Assembly (NCBI GenBank): GCA_951406725.2
Contig: OX597819.1
Coordinates: 79,298,001 to 79,362,000 of the forward strand
Origin: Octopus vulgaris
Taxonomy: Eukaryota
Length of the DNA: 64,000 bases
Direction of reading: 5' to 3'
Every line of letters begins with the position of its first letter. Positions within the stretch are counted from its first letter, which is position 1. The notes below the pieces were generated by a model, which was not told the DNA's origin, searched no databases, and worked only from the letters and a program-made list of their open reading frames with translations. The position numbers and the translations under genes were made by a program. This document shows positions 54,616-64,000 of the stretch, piece by piece.

Positions 54616-55161
54616 AGGTGGTGTTAATGGAGTTAGTGATGCTGCTGCTGATGAGGTTATTAATAATGATAATAATAATAACAACAACAACAACAACAAT
54701 AATAATATTAATAATAATCAGAATGATAAAAAATATTCCAATTTTATCAATAAAAATATGATATTGACGATGATTAATAGTAAAAAGTGTTGTTGTTGCT
54801 GCTGTTGTCTAAGAATAGGATGATGAGGGAGGCGAAAGTGATGATGAAATATGATCAAATCTAATGAAATGAAAATAGCGATCTGGATGCTAAATACGAT
54901 GGAGAGAGAAAGAAAGAAAAAAAGGAAGAGAGAGAGAGAGAGAGAGGGGATATTATGGGAAGGAATGAATAAATGAAAGAATAGGAGAGAACAAGAGGGA
55001 GGGGAAGAGAAGAAGAGCAATTGGAAAGTAAGAGCAAGGACAAAGAAAGAGTCTGGTGAGACGTGAGAAAGAATAACGAAAAAAGAAAATGAGAAACGTT
55101 AACAAGAAAGTAAAAGAGAAAGTGAGGGAGGAGGTAAGAACACAAGAAAATAAGGGTTGGG

Positions 55162-55211
<50 letters not shown>

Positions 55212-55337
55212 TAGGAGAGGGAGAAGGTGTGAGAGAGGGATAGGTGGACGACAAATGAAAGAGAGGAATTTCTGAACAAAACTTTAATGTTTGTATGCTA
55301 GAATATTCGTTAACTGAAATCACTAATATCACCACAC

Positions 55338-55530
55338 ACCACCACCACCACCACCACCACCACCACCACCACCACCACCACCACCACCACCACCACCACC
55401 ACCACCACCACCACCACCACCACCACCACCACCACCACCACCACCAAAACCACCACCACCACCACCAACACCACCACCAACACCACCAACACCACCACAA
55501 CCACTGCTACCACCACCGTCACCTCCACCA
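55338..55530. repeat. (CCA)n microsatellite
   Basis: Direct reading. Confidence 0.97.
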
Positions 55531-56365
55531 CAGAACTTAGTAAACTTATCTGGCGACTTAAAGACTAACAAATTTTTTTCTTTATACTGGAAAATTTCAT
55601 CTAGATCATTCCCCTATGACAAAGGGAAATTTTTTCAGTCCTCTCTAAACGGAAGACCAATTTGCCGTCCTCTTTTCCAAACACAAACTGGTGAACACGT
55701 TTATAGAATGAGTTTATGCTTTTTACAAATAGTAACTACTCCTTACGTAATAATAATTTCTGCAAATTATCTTTTCTTTATTCATTATTCTTACTTCCCA
55801 TAACCTGTATTCCTCCCTTCATCTTTTCTTTCCATCTTTTAGCTAACCTTCGACTGTACTGGACCCGATTTTCTGAGCTCTTCGCTCTACCCCTGCCGTG
55901 TATAATCTTTTAGGACAGTTTTCTTTTCTCTTTCGCGTTACCGATTTTTGCCTTGTCTTGCTGCCCCAAGGCTTTACGCTGTATATGTATTATCATAATT
56001 AATTGTTGCCTTCACGTGGCCGTATGCCTTCATGCTGTTCATTGTTTTCTTCGCATGTCCGTCCACTAACGGTCTCGAGCCCATTTCGTTTTGTTATGTT
56101 TAGCTCCCATTCCTGGCAAGTTTCTTGCCGGTGCCTCGATAATGGCTGAAATTGCGTTTGACTCCTCTGGCCGATAACTGATGAAGAATTGGTGAGCTAC
56201 GTTTTCTGTTCGCTTGTGTATTTAGTATATGTTCATTTGATTATTTACTTCAGTTCTTTTTTAAAATTATATATAGACTGTTAAATGTTATTTTACGTTT
56301 GTTTTCTTTTTACTTAATCCTGAAAATATTATTTATGTAACCCACGCACTCCTTAATTTTTTACC

Positions 56366-56415
<50 letters not shown>

Positions 56416-56457
56416 TCTTCTCTAAGCCGTATATATATATATCCTCTTCTCTAAGCT

Positions 56458-56541
<84 letters not shown>

Positions 56542-57664
56542 TACATATATATATGTATGTATGCGTATTTATGTGTATATATACATACATGCATAATACA
56601 TATATACATACGTATACATAGACAGACGTACTGATGCAGAGAGAGAGAGAGACAGACAGAGACAGACAGAGAGAAAAAGAGCGATAAAGAGACAGGCAGA
56701 CATATAAAGGCTTGGTGAGACAGAAGACAATGTAAAAGAGAAAAATGACAAGAGACTAAGAAATAGAAAGGGTTAGAGATAAAGAGAAAAGAGACAGAAA
56801 GAGGTATAAGAATATTAAATGAGCGAAAGACAGTACAACAGGAAAACAATTGGGTTGATAGTGGTTGTGGTGATATTGCTGATGATGGTGATGATGATGA
56901 TGAAAATGAAACTGATGAAAATGATGCTGTTGATGATGATGGTAATAATGATGATGATGATGAAAATGATGATGGTGATGACGATGATGATTACAACGCG
57001 TATGAAGTGTGGGTCTTGACGGAATTTTGATGATGTGCATGATTTTGAAAGAAGCTGCAATATCCAGACATAGAGCATAAATGATGTGGAGACAGTGAGA
57101 TAAAAGAAAATAAATAAATGCATAAATAAATAAACAAACAAACAAGCAAATAAATAAATAAATAAATAAAATTAAAGCCGAAAAGAATACCAAGACAGAA
57201 ATGTGTTGAAAGATGAGAAACAGGTAGTAAAGGAAAATAAAAATGACGGTAAAGGTACACACACACGCGCCCGCGTGCATTGATACATACACAGACACGT
57301 GCACATAAACGCGCACATACACGCACACACAAATGAATAAGCAAACAAGTATACGAAAATATAACATGTCTGATACAGTCCTGTATAAGATTTCTTCAAA
57401 AGCAGACGACACATTTAAAAGCAAACGACAGTGAAGAAGAAAGAAAAAAAAATCTTATTAAGATGGCGTAATTCTTTTACATTCACCTGCTTTCCTCTTT
57501 CGATGAGTAACTTCCTTACAAAGCAATGACATTGGTTTGGGGGTAGCATATCAGAAGTGTCTTTGTGCGAACAAAAGCGACCCCAATCAGATGTGTCAAA
57601 AAATAACATTCTATCAAAATCATATTTATTGAATATCTTCCTGGTCTACAAAACACCTGCTTCT

Positions 57665-57931
<267 letters not shown>

Positions 57932-57997
57932 GTTCTCTCTTTCTGTATCTATATAACACACATATATATTTATATTTGTATACACACATGTATTTAT

Positions 57998-58033
<36 letters not shown>

Positions 58034-58043
58034 TTATATATAC

Positions 58044-58093
<50 letters not shown>

Positions 58094-58370
58094 GTATATA
58101 TAAAGTTATATATATGTATATGTATATATATATACAGAGTAGGAAAATTAGAAAAATTTTCTACCAGTGGCTAGCATGCATGAAATAGTCAATAAACAAC
58201 ATATTTTTCATATAAATTTAATGTACATTACACAAAAGAGGTGACCCTAACAGGTCATTTTACATGCTAAAAGGAGCAGTCAAAGCCCAAATCACGGTTT
58301 AAGAGTAATTTCGAAGTGGATTTGAAAAATTATAATGTATAAAGATGAGACGTGTGCTGTCTATTTTAGC

Positions 58371-58445
58371 GCCGTTGCTGATGAGAACACGGATAGCAAA
58401 TTATTTTATTTGTTCATTAATGTTCGAAACCTAGGTACAAGTGGT
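58371..58445 (+). ncRNA. Type I hammerhead ribozyme (intact core)
   Basis: TTG-CTGATGA(58378-58384)-GAACA..TGTTC-GAAAC-CTAG-GTA-CAA; palindromic ACCTAGGT; extended stem II AGCAAAT/ATTTGTT. Confidence 0.85.
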
Positions 58446-58574
58446 AACTATTGAAAATGCTCTTATTTTTCATCCTCTTCGAAATTACTCTTAACCGTGG
58501 TTTGGGATCTGACTGCTCCATTTTGCATGTAAGGTGTCCAGCTAAGGTTACCTCTTTTGTGTATAAATGTACAC

Positions 58575-58639
<65 letters not shown>

Positions 58640-58689
58640 GTGTATCAGTTGAATAAAGTTACAACATAGTCTGGTTTTCACGTTTTCTA

Positions 58690-59830
58690 TTATTGTATTT
58701 TAAAAGAATATGTTTGCAATGTTGAAGTGTTAAACATTAAAAAAATATTTTGTAATGTTCATAAAGTTCATTTGGCGCTTTCATACGTTCGTAGTAATCA
58801 TCAGATTTCAAAATGCATTAACTGACAGTTCAGTTCAGTGCTTGACAACAGTAGTAAAATGACTAACTTCTTCCTTTTTATACCTTTTAGAAGGCTCCGA
58901 GAAGCTGAATTTTTCGAAAACTGTTTTAATCAATCAGCATTCATCTTAAACGTCACGGTTTACCGGGCGCACCGATATTACAGGCATAGATCTCGCCTTT
59001 ATTTCAAATAATAAGCTTGTGGTTTACATGTAATGGTTTTATGAGTGAGTAAACTTTGTTGGTTTCGATCGTTTTTATTTCAATCGCTTGGAGTATTCTG
59101 TAATTTGTTTATATTCATATTTTAAAGATATTTTTTAATCCACATCATTAACTGGTTGCTATATTATTTCCGTTCAGAACCGTTTGGAAAATTTTAATAA
59201 ACCGTTTTTTTTTATCCTTCTTCCAACTTCACTTGTTTCATGTAGTTTGTGGGAAGGAAAAATTTGAAACATTTTTTGACCACGCGTCTCTATATGTTCA
59301 CTCAATGGAATTTGGCGAACATTAGTGTTCCGGATTTGTTGTCTGTGAACTCGTGAGCGTTCCGATAATGCATTCCTTGTCCGGCCAATGTATAGTTCCT
59401 CGCAATCAGGGCATTTAAAGCAGTAGATCAAATTTCTTCTTTCGCAATTCATATCTGCATTTGCGAAAATCTTTCCATTTTTTTGTTCTAATGGATGTAC
59501 CAGCATGTATGTATTGACACGTTCCACATCTGTTATCATTACACTTGGATACTGTAAATGATTTATCCTGTTTGTTCATGTTGGAGTTAGCCTTTGTTAA
59601 TATTACTTTATGTGGTTGCGTTTTGCTTAAGATAAGTGTTTGATTAGTTATTATGTTTTTCAGTTTTTCACTTTGTTTCATAATTGGCGAATTTGTTTTG
59701 ATGATGTTAAACATATTTTGGTGATGTGGATTGTGAGTTACTACAGATAGAATTGTGTTCCGTTGTCGGGTTCGTCTTTCTCGTGTTGCCCTAATTGTTC
59801 TATAGATATATCTTTTGCTCGTTGAGTTTT
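58690..59830 (-). mobile_element. Penelope-like element 3' part (GIY-YIG pseudogene + 3' region)
   Basis: CNDNRCGTCQYI, NLIYCFKCPDCEELYIGRT, IPLSEHIE; decayed CTGATGA..GAAA at 58771-58810. Confidence 0.85.
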
Positions 59831-59890
59831 ATAGAACAAACCTGTTCTGAACGGAAATTTGTGTGTGTGTATGAGTGTGTGTTTCTATGG

Positions 59891-59925
<35 letters not shown>

Positions 59926-60858
59926 TGTGTGTGCATGAATGTATGTATATTTTATACATCAAGCCCAAGCGTGCTACCAGGAGCTGTTTATTAAGTATTA
60001 TCTTAATCAAATAACTCTATTCATGAAATCGGTCACTTAATATCAATGTATAAAATCGTCATAAATGATGAACTCCGATAACATTTTCAACCATACGAGA
60101 GTAAAGGGTAACTCAGAGTAACGGGACCCAAAATCTAATAGATTCAGAAACAAGCATGCAAATATATCAAAAATAGAATCCCATCGTCAACTGCATAAGA
60201 GATATCACTAAGGTTTTGACACCTGGACATATGCATCTGTAAATTAATAAATGAATAAATAATATACATTTATGTGTGTCTATGTGTATGTATATCTATA
60301 TACATATATGTATTTGTATGTATGTATGTATGTATGTATGTATGTATGTATGTATGTATGTATGTATGTATGTATGTATGTATGTATGTATGTATGTATG
60401 TATTATGTATCTATCTATCTGTGTTTGCTTTTATGTTCAGTTACCATAAAAATAATTTTACATTAACCTATAATTTTTAGACTACAAATTTATTAGTCCT
60501 ATATAAGAACGTTGTGTATAGGGATTTCGAAGTTTCCGCCAATTAATCCATAGTCGGACTGCAATGCGTTAGAGTTAGTTATGCCTTTATATAGTCTCTG
60601 TTGGGTTAAAATTATCTTTGGATGCGTGGGTTTGAGTGGAGTGGTAATTAGGTTTTTAATGTACGTTGTTTTGGAAAGGTGTTTTGAAAAAAAATTTGAT
60701 TACTCTGAAATCATGCTTTTATTTAGAATCCATTATATGTGTATACAATTAAATATATATATATATATATATATATATTACTGTGAGGTAAAGAAAGGAA
60801 ATATAGCGTGTGAAGAAAACACATATAAGAACATGAATGAAAAATATTTAAACACATA

Positions 60859-61025
60859 GGCGCAGTGGCTGTGTGGCTGTGTGGTAAGTAGCTTGCTTAC
60901 CAACCACATGGTTCCGGGTTCACTCCCACTGCGTGGTACCTTGGGCAAGTGTCTTCTACTATAAACTCGGGCCGACCAAAGCCTTGTGAGTAGATTTGGT
61001 AGACGGAAACTGAAAGAAGCCCGTC
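60859..61025 (+). mobile_element. SINE family A head/core
   Basis: GGCGCAG..TGGCTGTGTGGTAAG to GAAAGAAGCCCGTC. Confidence 0.85.
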
Positions 61026-61070
<45 letters not shown>

Positions 61071-61080
61071 TTTTTTCCGG

Positions 61081-63770
61081 ACACACCACCCACACACACC
61101 CACCCACCTACCTCCCACCCACCTACCTACCTCCCACACGCCTGTTCACACACACACATACGTAGACCCATCTACGTACATACATTCACACATTTAATCA
61201 CACACACTTACAGACACACATGCACATACACACACACATACATACACACACGCATACATACTTACACACACACACACACACAGACATACATACACACATA
61301 CACACACACATACATACGCACATACATACACACACACTCACACACACACACCGCACGTACATACCTCACACACACACACATGCACACATACATGTAGGCA
61401 CATACATACATACATACCCACACATGCACACCCGTACACTGAATGCACACACACATACACCTTTTTGCATCCAGGCAGCCCCCCCTCTTTTTCTGCTTTC
61501 CGGTTTTGGCTGATGGATCCTCGGTTCCCGCGTAGCGGGGCGTTCGAGGGCCTTTGCGCTCGCGCGCCTTGGCGCGCACTGGGGGCTCGGTCGGCCCCTT
61601 TGGGCTTGCGTTGCACTGCTTGTGCGTTGTGTGCGTGAGCGCGCTTCGTGTGTGTGGGCTTGCTTCGGATGTGCGCTTGCGTATGTTTGCATACATACCC
61701 ACACACTCGCATGCATCCCTACCCACATACATACACGCACACCTACTCACACACACACATACACACACACACATACCCGCACACACACACACATACATAC
61801 ATACACACACATACCCACTTCAGACATACACACACACAGACATACACCCATACACCCACACTCACACGCATACACACACACACATACACACGCACACGTA
61901 CACATACACACACACACACACACCCACATACATACATTACACTTGTATACGCACACACTTACATTCATACACACACACACCTACACAGCCATACCCTCAC
62001 TCAGACACACACATCTACCTACACACACACAAACACACACTGACACACACCCATACATAGATACATCTACACACTCACGCCTACACACATACATACACAC
62101 ATACATAAACACACACACATACACATACACACACATACGCACACACGCATATACTTATACACATGCACACACACACACATACATACACCCATATACATAC
62201 ACACACACATACCTACATACTCCTATACGCACATACATACACACAGACATACACACATACACACTCACACAAACATACACACACACATACTTACACACAC
62301 ACTCACCTGCACGCGCACACACATGCATGACAAACACTCATACACTCACACTCACATACGCACACACCAACATAAACACGCACACGCACACACACACCTA
62401 CACTCCCACACACATACACACGCACCTACATACACACACGCACGCATACACACGCATACACACATACATTACACACGTACACACACACCTACATACACAT
62501 GCACACACACACACACACAAACATGCACGGACACACCCAGACATACATACATACACCTATATACACACGCCTACACACCTACATACACACACATATACAC
62601 ACGCCCACACAGCTACATACACACACATACATACACACATACACGGACACACCCATACATACTTACATACATACACCTATACACACACGCCTACACACCT
62701 ACACACACACATGCACACACATACACATGTACGCACATACACACACATATACGCACACACATATATACCCACACACATGCACACACACACACATACGCAC
62801 ATACATGCACGCATGCACACGCGCACACCTACACGCATACACACACACACACTCACGTACACATACATACATACACACACGCATACATACACCCATACAC
62901 ATACATGCATCCTACACACACATACATACACACTCACACATACATACACACACACGCACTCACTCACACACCTGCATGTTCGCGCACACACATGCACATA
63001 CACACACTTCCCCACACCCACACGTACATACATACACACTCATACACACATACACACACACACACACACACGGACATACATCTATGCACACACATATATA
63101 CACACATACTCACATACATTCATCGGACACACTGCCACCCAGACATACACACAGACACACTCACACATCTACACGCACACATACGTACGCGCACACTCGC
63201 AGGCTCGCGCACACACGCGTTTGCGCCGGTTCGCGCACGCATGCGCCCGCATGCACCTCGCCCTTGGACCCGACGAGACCTCCCGCCCGTTCCTGGGATG
63301 TCGCTTGTCGTTGGGTTTTCCCACGCCCGTCTCCGCGGGACCACTCTTCCATCTTCCCCTCCGCTGGAGTCCTTTTCCTAAACCCCCCCCCCCTTTTTTT
63401 CGTTACACACACGCGCACACATATACACACATTGCTTAAACATATACATCACTCTTACACACATTCAATCTACTCGCCACTAATACTACCACGACACTGG
63501 ACACACACACACACTACTACTCAACACACGCTGGCACGCTACATACGCCCCCACCCCTTCCCCTCCCTCCCTTCCTCCTTCCTCCCTTTTCTCACTACTG
63601 ACCTTTGTCTGCTATGCTGCTGCTATGCTGACCACCGTCTCGCCCTACCTCACACGCCTACCCACAGACGCACACACTAACACATACATATATTTTTTGT
63701 TTTTTTACCTCGCCTCACACACACACATACACACACGCACACGCACACACTCACACATACACACACATCT
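61081..63770. repeat. Long degenerate (CA)/(TACA) tract with two GC-rich islands
   Basis: Direct reading; source of the 352-605 aa HT-rich ORFs. Confidence 0.85.
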
Positions 63771-64000
63771 GTTGCGTTACCAACCTTGTCTCCACTCTTT
63801 TGCCTTTAAAAACCCACTTTGCTCTTGTTATCGTAAACATCCGCCTTTCACCATGTGCTACTGCTAACACCAGCCGTTTTTTTCTCTATCTCCGTTGCCC
63901 GCTCCGGGATCTTTCTTTCCTCTCTCTTCCTTCTTTATGTTTCCGACGAAGAGCTCCGCTCGAAACGTCATACCTCCCTGCTTCCATTTCCTGAGCGCCT
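63770..64000 (+). mobile_element. Penelope-type terminal region with decayed hammerhead (continues past window)
   Basis: GTTT-CCGACGA-AGAGC-TCC-GCTC-GAAAC-GTC-ATAC then TTTCCTGAGCGCC. Confidence 0.55.

Noticed and set aside
61460-61690. Possible horizontally acquired GC-rich gene
   Set aside because: Too short, no recognisable product, embedded in suspect low-complexity sequence
61622-63680. 605-, 393- and 352-aa His/Thr-rich ORFs
   Set aside because: Translations of a degenerate (CA)n tract that lacks stops in several frames

Overview
AT-rich, microsatellite-saturated eukaryotic DNA. The repeat repertoire (tRNA-derived SINEs, Penelope-like elements, R4/Dong, RTE, Tx1 and mariner relics) looks like an Octopus/cephalopod intron or intergenic region; this taxonomic call is an inference. 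No intact protein-coding gene is evident: almost every ORF in the track is a translated microsatellite or a frameshifted retroelement fragment. The strongest signal the ORF track misses is ribozyme content. I can read about 6 near-intact and more than 10 decayed minimal type-I hammerhead motifs (CUGANGA...GAAAC-palindrome-GUH). They sit in ORF-less Penelope/retrozyme-like pieces, mostly beside (TA)n tracts and often as fold-backs. They include a young 537-nt hammerhead-delimited unit (11022-11731) and a Penelope 3' region that pairs a tRNA-like Pol III head with a hammerhead. There is also an HDV-like ribozyme fold at an RTE-type 5' end (5503-5581) and a 2x2 head/tail shuffle among SINEs. All folds were paired by eye, and repeat boundaries are approximate unless stated otherwise.
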